From the human T2T-CHM13v2.0 reference genome, Homo sapiens, in assembly GCF_009914755.1 (NCBI RefSeq), contig NC_060929.1: DNA of 64,000 nt. The stretch is one strand, 5' to 3'. Made by a program: the position numbers and the translations under genes. Shown in pieces: positions 31,811 to 50,418 of the stretch; position 1 is the stretch's first letter; the number at the start of each line of letters is the position of its first letter. The notes beneath the pieces were generated by a model. It searched no databases, had not been told where the DNA came from, and saw nothing but the letters and a program-made list of their open reading frames with translations.

Positions 31811-33307
31811 GTAATTATTAATGCTATTATTATTGTAGTTATTACTTGCTAATGTTAGCAGACTGTCATTATTTCCAAGAAAGTACCATGAGAGGAAAGA
31901 GTGGGTAGATAATTTCAGTTGCCTCAGGCAGCACCTTGCAGAAGGTAAGGCCAGATGGAATGGAGAACTTAGCAATGTATAATATAAGCCTTTACTTTAG
32001 ACTTCTGTAACCTTTTCATTAAAAGTCAACAGTACATTTCAAGTGTTTCACGGCATTCAGGGAAGATATTGAAGATAGATTCAGGGCTTTAGCAAAATTA
32101 GGAATCTCTCCCTCTCTTTGTATGTATATATTATATAAAATATGAAATACAATTTTATTATTTTGGGAAGACTAAAGCAATATAACCTTTGTCCTTAAGA
32201 TGCCTAGGAACACAAAAATGCATTGAATTATTAGAGGGATGAGATTTACATTGCTTCACTGCTACATTGAAGTAGAGGTGATGAAGCTGTGGGAATGTAC
32301 TACACAGAGAAAGAATTCACAGGTGAAAGCAAAGAGTGGAGATAGGATATAGGATTCTATACCAGAAGATGTCTTTTGCTTTAAAAGGGAGATAGACTTC
32401 CAAATAATGTGAGGAAAGTAAACTGATAAAATAACTAGAACATTGTTGAGAAAACTCTTTAATTAATTGTACTGAAAAATTAAGGTAATACAACTGTGAA
32501 CAAAAGCCTTTTGTCTGCAAGTAAAGCCTTTGGGATTGGTTACCTGTTCCATTTCAGTTAAATGATAGAGCAGTAGAAGCCAGATTGAAGAGTATCGAGG
32601 GAAAACTTTTCAGCACCTGTAGCAAAGCATAGTACAGGGTGAGACTTGGGTGGTAAGTTTTATTCACTGATTTTTTTTTTTACACAGAATTGAAGAGGTA
32701 GTCTTTGCCCTTAAGCCAAAAGTGCCTTTGTATTTGGTAGGCCTCTTCATTATCAAACAGTGAATGGTGCTGACTTAGTGGAAAAATCAATGTCTGTTTC
32801 AACCTTTGTGTCTTCTAGATAAGTCAGTCTTTAACTGCATACTTCTAGATGCATAAACATACCAACATTAAGAAATCAAAATCAAAGGAAAAAAATAGCC
32901 TATCTTATTCTACCACTTTTAGCAGATACATCTTTTCTAGTTGGGGGATTCCTTTCCATTTATTATCATTTGTGCAAGTATAATTTTTACTGGGTTATAA
33001 CATAAATATACTTTTTTTCTGGATTCTGTGATGAGTGTTTTAATTGGGTTGTAGCGAACCTAATTATGTTTTTAATAATTGAATATTATGTCATTAAATG
33101 GCTCTTCCAAACATAATTATTTCCTTAGAAATTTAATTTTTTTGCCATTGTTATATGCATCTCCATGCATATGACTTTGGATTATTTCCTTATGATAAAG
33201 TTCTAGGAATAACATTATTGAATAGTCGAAGATTATAGCCATTTTTAATGATTTTTGGTCAGCATTACAAAGTTATATAAAAGTTAATTTTCCATTTCAC
33301 TTTGTAG

Positions 33308-33480
33308 AGAAATTAATGGACTTACGAAATGAATACCTGCAAGCGGATGAGGCTAATAAAAGACTTTTGGATCAAAGGTATGGTAAGAGAGTGATTCAGA
33401 AGGCACTGGAAGAGATGGAAAGTAAGGAGTGGCTAGAGAAGAACTCAAAGAGCTGCCCATGTTGTGGAACTCCCATAGAG
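33308..33480 (+). CDS. RNF14: RNF14 coding exon 5 (linker; start of RING2 KSCPCCGTPIE)
   Basis: tgtag| acceptor and GAG|GTAAAT donor; 173 nt. Confidence 0.95.
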
Positions 33481-33976
33481 GTAAATGTTTTGGGACAGAC
33501 TTGGAGGCCATCAGACTTGCAAGGATGTTATTACCTTAAGAAGCCTTACTAGTCAATTTTATGACTTACAAAACACATGCTGGTATTATTACACCTTCTT
33601 ACGTGGAAGGTGGAAATTTCACTATTAGATCTTGTTATCGACCTTAAATGTTTGTAGACTTCCCTTTTCAAAGTATTTGCTTACAGTGACCATTGTTCTC
33701 ACATTGTATCCACCTCAAAATTGAATGGGTTGTAAGGAGGGCATACTAGAGCTATGGTCAACTCTTACCTCATCTATGTGATTAAAAAAAATCAAATCTG
33801 ATCTCTCAGAACTATTTATCCTGGAATGCTGCACACCTGTTTAAGATACACTCAGGAATTAATTTGAGTCAAAATAATTAGACAGATATATTGCTTCTTG
33901 ACAAAAATCTTAATATGTTTTAAAATCAAAATACATCTTAGCATTTGATTCTATTGTTCTAATCTGTTATGTCTGA

Positions 33977-34336
<360 letters not shown>

Positions 34337-34728
34337 TGACATACCTTAGCCCTATGACAGAGTGGAGGACTTGGTACCAAATATTTACTTAGATTTCTGT
34401 AAAAATTAAAAACCCACACGTTACATCCAAACATTTTAATATTAATCTAACTACATTTTCCAGTTATACGTGTGTGATTTTTATCTACTGCTTGTCAGAA
34501 GAGATTGTGCCAAGTAACTAATTGTAGTAACACTAGCTATTTTCTGTATTTTACTTCTAATGCAAAATAGAAAGAATTACATAGTCATCAGTGTGTTACA
34601 TTGATATCTCAACCCTGCATAAGAAAAGGGAGAGGACCAAGACAATGTTGTACTGAATCATTTTGGCATGTGCTGTCTCTTCTGCTTTTACAGCCTTGAT
34701 ATTTTTCTCTTTCTATCCTTCCCACCAG

Positions 34729-34859
34729 AAATTAGACGGATGTAACAAGATGACATGTACTGGCTGTATGCAATATTTCTGTTGGATTTGCATGGGTTCT
34801 CTCTCTAGAGCAAACCCTTACAAACATTTCAATGACCCTGGTTCACCATGTTTTAACCG
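34729..34859 (+). CDS. RNF14: RNF14 coding exon 6 (RING2, KLDGCNKMTC with RBR catalytic Cys417)
   Basis: ccaccag| acceptor and CCG|GTATGT donor; 131 nt; RBR GCxxMxC motif. Confidence 0.96.
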
Positions 34860-35484
34860 GTATGTATACACGGAATTCCTCAGGCTCACCAGCAATTTTT
34901 GGTACTTGATTTGCAGACCACAAATCCAGTGTTTTATTTAAGTACTTGGACTTATTTAGAGAATTCTCTTACATGTTTTCCCCTATAAAGGAATTTTTAT
35001 ATTATTTTCTCAAAAATGAGTTTTATAATGAGACTTATACACCATCTGGAAGTTTTTATAGTGAAAGTTTTCAAACAGAAAATTTGAAAGGATAGGACTA
35101 TGAATAGTAGGATACTTTCCACCCAAATTAACAGTTGATAGTACTTTGCCATATTTGTTCCCTTAACATTTTTACTGAACTACATGAAGTTGGAGTTATG
35201 ATAATGCTTCAACTCTAAATATTTCCACGTTTCTCCTAAGATAAGGAAATGCTTCTACATAATGACAGTACTTTTAAAAAACTTAATGATAGTGGCATAC
35301 TATTATCTAGTAAACAAACATATTTGAAACTTCCTAATTATTTCTGAAAATATCTTTTAAAGCTATTTGATTGAACCAGAATCTGAACAAGTTCAGTCAT
35401 TGTATTTGGTTCTATCTCTTTAGTCTCTTAATACAGAAAAGCTTTGGCCCACCTTTTTTTTGTGTGTGTTTTGTGAACATTCAC

Positions 35485-35775
35485 TTTTTTTTTTGTTGAG
35501 TCAGAGTCTCGCTCTGTCGCCCAGGCTGGAGTGCAGTGGTGCCGTCTCGGCTCACTGCAAGCTCCGCCTCCCGGGTTCATGCCATTCTGCCTCAGCCTCC
35601 TGAGTAGCTGGGACTACAGGCGCCTGCCACCACGCCCGGCTAATTTTTTTGTATTTTTAGTAGAGACGGGGTTTCACCGTGTTAGCCAGGATGATCTCGA
35701 TCTCCTGACCTCGTGAGCTGCCCGCCTCGGCCTCCCAAAGTGCTGGGATTACAGGCGTGAGCCACCACACCCAGC
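35485..35775 (-). mobile_element. AluY-like element within an L1M remnant
   Basis: CpG-rich, gcaagctccgcctcccggg and gttagccaggatg diagnostics; TSD aacattcactttt. Confidence 0.88.
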
Positions 35776-36542
35776 AAAACATTCACTTTTTGAAGAGTCC
35801 AGGTCAGTTATCTTATATAACGTCTTACCTTCTAGACTTTTATTTGTCCATGGTGTCCTTTAGCTTGTTTCTCTTATTTGCTATAAACTGGAAGTTAGGT
35901 CTAGACTGAAGCTTGATTCGATTTAGAATAACATTTTTTATGCTGATACTTCATGAGGAGTGATGTGTATTCCGTATTGGATCACATCAAGAGGTCCATG
36001 ATGTCCCTCATTAGTGTGGTGCTCATTTCTACAGTTTGCTTTATTGTAAAGGCAAGTTTTCCATTTTGTTATTAGGAAGTAATCTGTGGGGTGATTCCTT
36101 GGCACAATGTGAATATCCTGTTCTCCAAGAGCTCTCCACTTTCAGCATCAGTTGATGATCTTTGTTAAGAGGTGTCTGTTAAGTAAACACATTGGTATTG
36201 TGAAACTGTAAGAGAAATTGAAGAAACAAGCCCTGCCATGAACTATTGGAAATCTAGTGTTGGAAATTGCATAAGTTGTAGATAACATAAGGAAAGGAAG
36301 ACAAATTGACAGCTACAAAACATTCTACAAATGGAGGGTGCAAGGACTGTGAAGATAGAATGGAGTGATGAGCATGTAATAGTAATAATAGTGTCTTGAA
36401 AGGGTTCAGTTTAAATTGCCTGACTTCCCCAGTCTTGCCTTATTCCATGTATTGTATACGCTGAGTATCAGTTTTGTGATACCTATCCCTCATTATTGTT
36501 TATCCTTGGCCCTGGAGAATTTGTCTGGATTCTAAAAGGACT

Positions 36543-37460
36543 GTTTTGTTCGTTTGTTTTAATTTGGAAAGGAGAGCTTTATTTCTCATAAAGAGTTGAA
36601 GCCGGCAAGGTGGCTGTTATGACAGGTTGGGAAGCATAGCCTTCAGCCAGAAGCTGGAAACAGACACTCTAAGGATGGGAAGAGGAAGACAGGGATTTAT
36701 GCCCTACAAGATAGCCAGATATACATATTCAGTAAGGTATAGGAGGAGTCATGAATATTTATGAAAGGAGAAATACGCTGCATGTGCAGTTGAGCTTCAT
36801 TACCCTTCAGGGGACCCATGTTCAAAAAATGGTGGCATTAGCATGATCTCTGGGGGAGTTCTCTGATATCAAAAGGTGAAGCAGAGAACACGAAAACCTC
36901 AGTCCACATCCTCCATAGACTGGCTAGAACCACTCCATGGTCAGTGGTCTATTGGCAGGAAGAAATGCTGGTCGGTTTTTGTGCCAAAACTGCAGAAGGG
37001 AGGGGCAGCGTCAGGCAGTTGGTTGATATCAGCGGTGGAGCAAGTCTTCCCAAAGGGTTGGTTTGAACCCTTAGGGAAAGAAAGCCTAATGGTGGTCAGT
37101 GAGGGAGGGGGGTATGACCAGGTGTGTCTGGCCTCCCATCCCATCATGGCCGGGAACTGTTTTCAGGGTTTCTCTGGGGTTCCCTTGGCCAGGAGAGGGT
37201 CTGTTCAGTTGGTTGTGGGGCTTAGGGTATCATTTTTATTTCTCATTTTCCCCTTTTTGGCTGAGATTTGCCAGAGGCAGCATTGATGGTCAAACTTATT
37301 TTGTCCCATATCATTGCTGGAGTGGTGTGGCTAACCTGCCTCGCCTCCATCTAGGCCCTCAGTGGGACCCCTATGGCCAAGGGACTTAAGGCCAAAAGAC
37401 AGCCAATTAAATCTTCTAGGCCAGTGGGAATGGAGCTGGACAAGTACTCATCCACCTTAA
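36543..37460 (-). mobile_element. ERV1-class LTR (MER39-like, about 36561-37245) with adjoining polypurine tract and internal fragment
   Basis: Minus-strand PPT AAAAAGGGGAAAA immediately before TG at 37245; LTR body resembles the recalled MER39 consensus; AATAAA at 36578-36583. Confidence 0.65.
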
Positions 37461-37656
37461 ATGGGCCATTCTTAACTAACTTTAGGGTAGATTGTTCAGA
37501 GGGACCCATATTTCAGCCCTCCTCAGTGCAATGATTAAAGGAGAAGAAAAGATGTACAAAGATGTTATAAGAGTACAAAAAATATTTTTCAGCGGAGAGG
37601 CAATTTATATTGTTTCGTTCAAGTGTATAAAAATGTACCTTTTTTAATGCTTCCAG

Positions 37657-37714
37657 GCTGTTTTATGCTGTGGATGTTGACGACGATATTTGGGAAGATG
37701 AGGTAGAAGACTAG
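37657..37714 (+). CDS. RNF14: RNF14 last coding exon (LFYAVDVDDDIWEDEVED*)
   Basis: ttccag| acceptor; exons sum to 1425 nt = 474 aa plus stop. Confidence 0.95.
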
Positions 37715-39076
37715 TTAACTACTGCTCAAGATATGGAAGTGGATTGTTTTTCCCTAATCTTCCGTCAAGTACACAAAGTAACTTTGCGGGATATTTAGGG
37801 TACTATTCATTCACTCTTCCTGCGTAGAAGATATGGAAGAACGAGGTTTATATTTTCATGTGGTACTACTGAAGAAGGTGCATTGATACATTTTTAAATG
37901 TAAGTTGAGAAAAATTTATAAGCCAAAGGTTCAGAAAATTAAACTACAGAATATTAAATATTATAATGTGCCCAAAGCTCTGAATAGTTAAAAATTAAAT
38001 ATTTATTTTCTTCCCCAAGCTTTAGGTAAGGAGAAGAGGGGTCAAGAGTTAAACTTAGAGACCCTTTGTCTCTGAGAAGCATCCTTCTAAGACATTCTGT
38101 TGGAGTTCCCTCAGTACTATTCCTTACAACTGGAGTGGGTAGAAGCCTTATGAAAATTATACTGACAACCTGATCTCGTTTACTCCATGTTAATCACATT
38201 CCTACCAACCTAAATTTCTGCCAAGTCAGTTCTCTTTGGAGGAAGCCCATTACTCCGTAACTGACTGGATGGTCCAGTGTCATTTTGATCTGCTTTTCAG
38301 AATGGAAATTTATAATATAAATATATGTTTTAATACCACAAACACTGTGGGGCACTTGATATTTATTAGTGGTGTATATGGTCCACTGGTTTCAGGCCAA
38401 ATCTAGAATTTAGTGATACTGGCTCAGAAGAATTTAAGTTCTATTCAGCTTTCCTGGGTGTTAGAACCTAGATTCAAAATGGCTTGTCTTTGCTACTTTT
38501 GTTCCACATTCTCTCTCTTTACCTTTGCCCTACCTTCTGTTTGTAAGGATGATTTTAATATTAATTCCAGGAACACATGTTTTTATTTCCTCTGCTGGAA
38601 TAGGAGAAAGCTTAATATATTCCCAAGCTGAATGTTCTTGAATTATATCTGCATTTACCACTGTATATGCATATAGTGACAGTATAACCTGTCTATACTA
38701 CAGTAGTTCCAGTCCTAACTTTCTGAATTATTTTTAAAGATCTTCTCTAACAAGCTATGGGAATTTGGCTTCATACTCTTTCTTTGCAACAGCAGTGTTC
38801 TGGGTGATAATTTTGAATTGATACCTGTTCCTTTTTCTGGGTTTTGTTGGCTTTTTGAAAAATTGTCTTTCCTTATCATTGGTGGGAGGCTTGGTAGCAA
38901 AGTAACATTTTTTGGAAAAGAGGACAGAAAAATTGAACTACAGCTTGAGAACGTATTCTTTTTTTCCTACTTTGTTATTGCAAATTGAGGAATCACTTTT
39001 AACTGTTTTAGGTGTGTGTGTCCAGAGTGAGCAAGGATTATGTTTTTGGATTGTCAAAGAGGATGCTTAGTCTTAA

Positions 39077-39088
39077 AATAAAAATAAA
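39077..39088 (+). terminator. RNF14: RNF14 proximal tandem AATAAA poly(A) signals
   Basis: AATAAAAATAAA followed by GT/T-rich sequence (gttgctgctatttgttctgt). Confidence 0.7.
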
Positions 39089-39286
39089 TTTAAAAATCAT
39101 CTTATAATTAGAACAGAGTTGCTGCTATTTGTTCTGTCACCAAGGCAACTAATCACATTTTAAAACTGTTCGGCATATAACATATTCTTAAAGTAAGAAA
39201 AAAAAGGTCACAGAATAGCATCTCTTTTACCTGGGCTTGTGACTGAGCTTAGGTTTTAGGGCCCATATTTTGTTTAAACCAGATAG

Positions 39287-39720
<434 letters not shown>

Positions 39721-40191
39721 TCAAAGAGTTCAATTCAGATTTATTCAGAAAGAGCTACTCAGAAGCTCTATAGTTCATGAGCTACTTGATATTTTCTAGA
39801 GATCATTTTATGTTAAGCTGTTATACATTGTTGATGATGTCATAGAAGTAGGAAAGAAGCCTTTATAATACAGTTTTATGAAAGAAATGGGAGCCTTTTT
39901 TCCCATTTATGATATTAAAAACAACACAGGTATTTGGTGTTTAGTCTCAAAAATTTGTTTGGTCACCTTAGTGATTCTTAGGTACAAAGCCTTCATCACT
40001 CAATTTTAACAAAGAAAATAGGGCTTATAAAGTTATACTTTTGAAGTATGAGTTATGAGCTAATTTTAAGATGTATAGTTTTGGTAGAGTACTTTTGTCT
40101 CAGTAAAATGAAAGATTTGGGTAACTCCCCAAATGCCCTGTAAAACAAATGGGTTTGTGGAAGGTTGTGGTGTCAGCAAAATATATGATAG

Positions 40192-40197
40192 AATAAA
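40192..40197 (+). terminator. RNF14: Candidate RNF14 distal poly(A) signal
   Basis: AATAAA followed by a T-rich tract. Confidence 0.5.
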
Positions 40198-40282
40198 GAG
40201 TTTTGTACCTACCTTAATTTCATGAAAGCCTTTTTTTATGAGTGGGTTGAGATTTGCCATAAATTAGTATGAATTTCATGGG

Positions 40283-40978
<696 letters not shown>

Positions 40979-41855
40979 ATAATTTTTTTTTTTTTAAATC
41001 AAAATAGCTCTGTGACATTTTAAGCTTGTGATCGAACTAACTTTAGGGCCTGCCTTTGTCAGTTGAGATGCATCTTGTTTCATCCATTTTTCTTTTAGTT
41101 TAAATTTTTATTATTATAATTTTTATTTTTTTAGCTACCCTATTAACAGACCATCCATTTTTTAAAAAGAAACTTTTTATTTTAGAATATAGATTGACAG
41201 AAAAAGTGCCAAGATTGTACAGCGTTCCTATGTACCCCTCACTTGGTTTTCCTTATTAACATATTAGTGCAGCACATTTGTCATATTAATGAAGTAGTAT
41301 TGATATTATTAAGTAGAGTTCATACTTTATTCAGATTTTCTTAGTTTTACCTAATGTCCTTCTTCTGTTCCAGGATCCCTTCTAGGACACCACGTTATTA
41401 TATTTAGTTATCATGTCTCCTTAGACCCCTCTCAGCTGTCACAGTTGTCTCATCTGTTTTTATTGTTATATAAACATTAATTATACCTTGGTACATCTGG
41501 ATTGGGCAGGAGCCAGAAAACTTTTTGAAGACAGATTACCTAATCCTAGCAGGCTCAGCAAATCAGTGATTTCTTTTTGACTGAGGTCTTTTGTAGCTTT
41601 AAATCAGTTACTTCTCAGGATGCTTCAGTGCTGTGTATGCAGTTTTAGGCTGTTCACCTGTTCTGGTAATTTTCCTGCTCGGCTTCTTGAAAAACATCAT
41701 TAAACACTGGGCAAGTTGATCAAGTCAGGAAGTCAGCTGGACCCATTAGACTGTGCCCTGGTGTGAGAATTAGCCTGCCATCTTGGCTAAATCCCGAAGT
41801 TTGTTGAGTAGATGTATCCCTTCCTGTTGACCTGTGGAGGAGCTGGTGAACGTAA

Positions 41856-42230
<375 letters not shown>

Positions 42231-43489
42231 CAAAGTCATTTGCCCAAAGTCATTTTTTTAGTAGTAGACAGTTCTAATTTACATTAGTAATCTCTTCATA
42301 TACTTTGTATTTATTTTTTCTGTCAAGAGCAATGAGAGTTAATTAGAGGAGATAATAATAAAGTTGTTCACGTGGCTGTCTGCTTTGAAAGGGAATTTCA
42401 GAATTTTGACTGGAGTTTGGATCTCCCTCCTACCTAGTATTAACTTTGCCATAAGCATCACCAGCAGGTGGCAGCAGTTCCCATGTTCTAAAAATATCGT
42501 CACTAGTTAAGACAGGTATAGAGTATGTTGTTTTGTTACAGAAGTAGATTTAATTTCTGGTATTTAAATTTTCCTCATTATATTTCATTATAGTCTGTTT
42601 TATACTTTAGTAGACAGAATGGTATCTAACAGTACTATCAAGGCAGGAACAGCAGTATTATCAGAAATTTTTAAATACTCAAAAGTGTATGTGAACCACA
42701 GTTGACATCTTATGCAATTGTTACATAGTAGAGTGTCACTCCTGATAGTGGCACTTAACCTTCAACCACCAAAGTAGGGAAATTAAGTTGTATATAAAGC
42801 CCCTAAGTAGGACCAAGGAATTGTAACCCCATGGTGCCCTCTGATGCTGGTAAGAGTAGCCAGCCTGCTCCCCAAACCTTAGCTTAACTAAAAAAATCAG
42901 GCCAGACTGAGTGTGGTCAGAAATCTGGTTATGGGAGCTTTAGGGGTATTCTTAGCCAATGTTTATGGTAATAATCAACTTTCATCACCCATCGTTTAGA
43001 CTGTACAGTTTCTCAGGTTGTCTGAAGATTTACCACTCCAAGGACTCCCACATTTCTCTGAGCCAGAGGATGCTTTGGAGAAGATTGTGTACATTGGAAA
43101 CTTAGGGAGATTTGATGCTGAAGTTGCTAAGTACAAAGTTAACACAGTCACTTCTTTTCCTTGCTTGGATCTCCTTTTTTCCCTTCATTATAAAAACAAA
43201 CCAAAAAAGGAAAAGCAGCTAAACTCACACTAATACAACATAAATACATGTAAATTTTAAAAGCGATTGTCTTACCCTCAGTACCATTCTACTTTTTGCA
43301 ACCTATAGTATTTCCTAGAATAACTCACTTATTTAACAAATACTGATGGAATACCCAGCAATGGGCCTTACTCTTTTTCAAGGTGGTGAGAATGTAGCAG
43401 TAAATAAAACAGACATAATCTCCCTGCCCATGTGGAACTTAAGTTCTGGCGGAAGGAAAGAGACACTAAGTAAATTATCTGGTTCATCA

Positions 43490-43850
<361 letters not shown>

Positions 43851-46077
43851 ATAGAAGTTGGGGAGAAGAAATAGGGAGTTAGGGGAGGCAGGGCAATGTT
43901 GGAATCTTAAAGAGTAGAGAAGACTCCATCAAGATAGCACTTGAACAAAGTCTCAGCAGTGTGGGATTGAACCTTCTGGACACCTGGGAGGAGAGAATTC
44001 CAGGCAGAGACAGCAAGGGCAAAGCCCTTGGGCTATGAGCATGTAAGAGGGCTCCAGGAACAGTGTGGTAGCCAGTGAGGGCTGAGGCAGACCCAGGAAG
44101 AGTGAGAGACGGGATGTAAGCATGTGGTCCTGTAGACTATATAGAGCCTTGTGTGAACTTTGGCTGCCACTCTGAGAGGGGGCCATTGAGCAGAGGAGTG
44201 ATAGGGTCAGGCGTGTGCTTTAGGGGATTGGTGAGCAAAGGTGGAAACAGACCAGTTAGGAGGCCATTTGCAGTAGCTCAGGTGAGAAGTGCAGGTGGCT
44301 TGTACCAGTGTGCCAGAAGTTAGAATCTTGAGAACTGGTTAGATTCTGTACTTACCTTGAAGGTAAAATTAATAGGATTTGTTGACAGGCTGACTATATG
44401 AGAAATTAAGGCATCAGGGTTGATTTCTAGGTATTTTTGTCTGAGCAGTTGAGATGAGAAACCTGTAGGTAGCACAGGTCTGTGGCTGAAGATCAGGAGT
44501 TTGGTTGTGGACAGGTAAGTTTGAGATGCCTGGTAGTTATCCCAGGGGAGATGATAAACAGGCAGTTGGATATTCTAGTCTGGAGTTCAAGGGAGCAACT
44601 CAGGGTAGAGATAGAATTATGGGAGTCAACATGTAAATGGCATTTAAAGTCATGAGACTAGATGAGATTAGAAAGGGAGTGAGTTTTATGTAGAGAAAGG
44701 TCCAAGGACTGAGTCGTGGGTCACTCCAGATGCTAAGAAGTCAAGGAGATGAGGAAAAACCAGCAAAGACAGACAGTGGCCAGTGAGGTAGGAAAACCAG
44801 CTGCGTGTGGTGTCTTGGAAGCCAAGTCAAGTTTGAGGGAAGGAGTAATCAACTGTGTCATACGCTGCAAAAAGGTCAGGTACTGTGAGCTGTAACAATT
44901 GAAGCAGTCAGTATTGAGGTCCTTGGGGACTTTGACAAGTGCTGTTTCAGTGGAGGGCAGTTGCAAATCTAGAGTATGTTTGAGAAAGAATGGGGTAAGA
45001 ATGGGGTGTCCTCATAATAAGAAAAAGGCTAAGCAAACCGATAATCAACAGCTTTTCTTACATCTGTCAGAGAATTGAGGTCACAGGGCAAACCTTCACC
45101 GCAAAAACAGGCAGGAAAATGGAGATCGGCTCACCTAAGGCAGAAGCTGTTGGAAACAGTAATTGAGATTTAAACATATTGCTGTGGGCTAAGTGTGGAC
45201 TAGCTTGAGGGTTCAAAACCGGGAGCTTGTCTAAGGGAACCCCACACTTTGGTGGGTTTTACCTCGAGGAGACCCACTAGGTTCTCCTGTAAAGATGGCA
45301 GGAAAATTCCCTTGTGCTTTGGACACGGGAAGGGGGAAAGTAATCCTTTTGAAATACATCCAGGAAGAAATCAGCCCCAGATCTTCTGTTCTCCATGGCA
45401 GAGAACAGTTTTCTCAGGGAAAACTACTTGCAGAAGCCTTCTCTAGCTTAGGAGAAGGGCAGTTGGATGGCTCAACCCCCTTCTAGCCTTCCTGTCTCAC
45501 ATAGGAGGAGGAAAAAACAAGTCTCCACTAAAAAAAAAAAAAAGACAGATTTAATCATAAGAATATGCAGTGCATCTTCTCACCAATACGATACCATCAG
45601 TAGGGCTCCAGGATAACAGTGGATTACAACTGAGAGCTGCAAGACATGGACTCTATTTTAAGAAGGAATTTCTAGGGAAACCCAAAGACAACAGGGGAGA
45701 CAAGGATATTGAGGAAAATTGGAGCCTCTAGCACCTACAGCGAACATCAGATGCAGCCTGTTAGCCAGATAAACATACAACTCACATTAAAGGTCTGTTT
45801 ACGTAAGTTCTTGTTACCTAATATATCATGTCTGGCTTCAGTAAAAAAGTACAAAGCATGCTAAAAGGGAAAAAAGAAGAGACAAAGCGAGCATCAGAGC
45901 CAGACTCAGATATGTCACAAATTTGAGAGTTATCGGACTGGGAATTTAAAATAACTGATTAATGTGCCAGATTTCTAATAGAAAAAATGAACAACATGCA
46001 AGAATAGTCACGTAGTATAAGCAACAGATGGAGACTTAGAATCAAAAAGAAATGCAAAAAAAAAAAAAAAAAAAAAG

Positions 46078-47198
<1,121 letters not shown>

Positions 47199-48609
47199 TA
47201 CCAGAAGGAGAAGAGAGAATAGAAGAGTGAGAGATTAAAGTCAGAGTATGGGTAACTAGAAACTTTACTCTAAAGGAGATCAGAAAAATGAGGATGTACT
47301 TGAGGGGGCAAATGAGGTACAGTTTTGTTTTTAAATCTTGTCTTGAATGCCATAGGAGTGGTCCAGGATAGGACAATTTGATGCTATAGGTGAGAGTTGG
47401 GAGTGTTGCCAGAGCAACGTCCTCAAGGAGGCAAGAGAGGATGGGATCTGGTGTGCAAGCAGAGGGCTCGGCCAAGGAGCAGGTAACAGGAAGACAGCAA
47501 GTGTGAGAGCAGGGCTGACGTCTGGGTATGTGATGATGGGAACTCGTGGACATTCTTTTCTGATTGCTTCTGTTTTCAAGGTCATCAGCTGAAAGGAAAG
47601 CTGGGGTAGAGGGGTTAGAGGTTTGGGACCTTATGATTTAGTCTTTGAGGATACTAAATGGACTAGTCTGATTATTAATGTAGTATGACTGCCAGCTGGT
47701 GGTAATGGCTCCCGTGAGGTCCAAAGTACTATGTTCTGTTTTACCTGCCCATTATTGCATAACTCTAAATCCTGTCACACTGTACCTTACTGGAAATGGA
47801 CATGTTTCATTAGCATCTCATCACAGTAAGGATTTTGATTCCCAGGAAAGAAGCATCAAATTTTCCAAGTTAGATCTCCTCAGTAGGCCAGTTGGCTAAT
47901 CCATTATGTAATATGCCATGATTTCCCCTGATTGTTATGTACGATCACTACTCATGGGGACAACTATCAGGCTTATGGTTCAACAAGTACCAGTGCCTTC
48001 TAGATATCAAGGCACTGCTATAGGGGCAGAATAGAGCAGTATTTAACATCTACCTTCATGGAGTTTACATTTAGTGGGAAACAAAATACACGTCCAGTGG
48101 TAAAGGGTTCTGAGAAAATAGCGCACGGCAAGGATAGGAACTTGGGGATTGCAGCTTTATATTGGAGGATCAGGGAAGAGTTAATCTGATAAATGACATT
48201 TGAGGCGAGGCCTGAAGGACGGAAAGAGTAGAAGAGTAGGCCATAGGGGTAATAGCCAGGCTCTTGTGTTCACCTCTACTTTATAAACAGACTAATAGAA
48301 GGAAGGTGGCACCCATTGATGTCAACACTGCCACTTTTTACTAAATGTAAGTAAACACATTCTGTCTACTCTTCCTGAAATACAGCTCTGTGTGCACTTA
48401 ATATTACATTTTCCTTTTCTTATCAAACTTGCTGTTTTACAAATTCAACTTGTTCCAGTCAGCTGTATTTAGTATTTCCTTTTTGATCAAATTGTGAAAA
48501 CCTGGTCAGTGGGAACCCATTTAACTGGCTGTTTCGTCCTCTCAGAACTGCCTCAGACATTTTTGTTTTGTTTTATTTCATCCCCAGACTTCCTGGGACA
48601 AGCCCCAGA

Positions 48610-48903
<294 letters not shown>

Positions 48904-49493
48904 AGCCCCAGACATTTTTGAAAGCACCCTTATTTCCAGTAACAAGATATTCCAGGCCTACTCTGATCCCCACCCCCAAACATATTAGCTCCTGTACAAG
49001 GAGCCCTGGTATTAGAAGCCCAAGATGACCCAGGGGTGTACATCCCACTTGATCGCATAAGCACTGGTTGTAGCAGTACACTGCTGTTGAGCCACCAGGA
49101 AAACACAGACTCAGGAAGGACATCAGATCTTTCTAAGGTCTCAAGTTCATACAGGTATCTCCAGTTTAGCTGTCATCACTAAGTCCTTTTTTGTCTCATT
49201 TTAATGTAGTTACTATAACATACTTAAAATTTAAACCCTTCTTGACTGGATAAACAAAATATATGTCCACAAAACGGAATACTATACAGCAATAAAAAGG
49301 AATGGACTGCTGCTACGTGTTGTATGAACCTGAAAAATGTTATGCTTAGTGAAAAAAGATGTCATGTCACATGATTCCATTTATATTAAATGACCAGAAA
49401 AGGTAAATCTATAGACGCAAAGCAGACCAGTAGTTGCCTGGGGCTGAGGTTAGGAGTAGGGAGCTTTTGGGAATGATAGAAATGGATTGTGAT

Positions 49494-49836
<343 letters not shown>

Positions 49837-49861
49837 TCATTGGATTTATATCAAAAAAAAA

Positions 49862-50013
49862 TTTTTGAGATGGGGTCTTGTTCTGTTGTCCAGAGTTGGG
49901 GTACAGTGATGCGATTATAGTTCACAGCAGTCTTGAACTCCTGGGCTCAAGCAATCCTCTTGTCTCAGCCTTCTGAGCGGCTGGGACTACAGGCATGCAC
50001 CACCATGCTTGGC

Positions 50014-50021
<8 letters not shown>
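49862..50021 (-). mobile_element. Host AluJ-like element, right arm (split by the SVA)
   Basis: Right arm stops at the middle A-rich linker, which forms the left TSD. Confidence 0.88.
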
Positions 50022-50044
<23 letters not shown>

Positions 50045-50124
50045 TTGTAAAGATATTTTATTTCTTAGAGACTTTCTAAGAAGGAAAAGGCATATAAGTA
50101 AATCTTATTAGACCTTCACTGTAA

Positions 50125-50418
<294 letters not shown>

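Noticed and set aside
37728-37839. aagatatggaag repeated twice in the RNF14 3'UTR
   Set aside because: A 12-bp duplication with no further structure; function cannot be supported from sequence.
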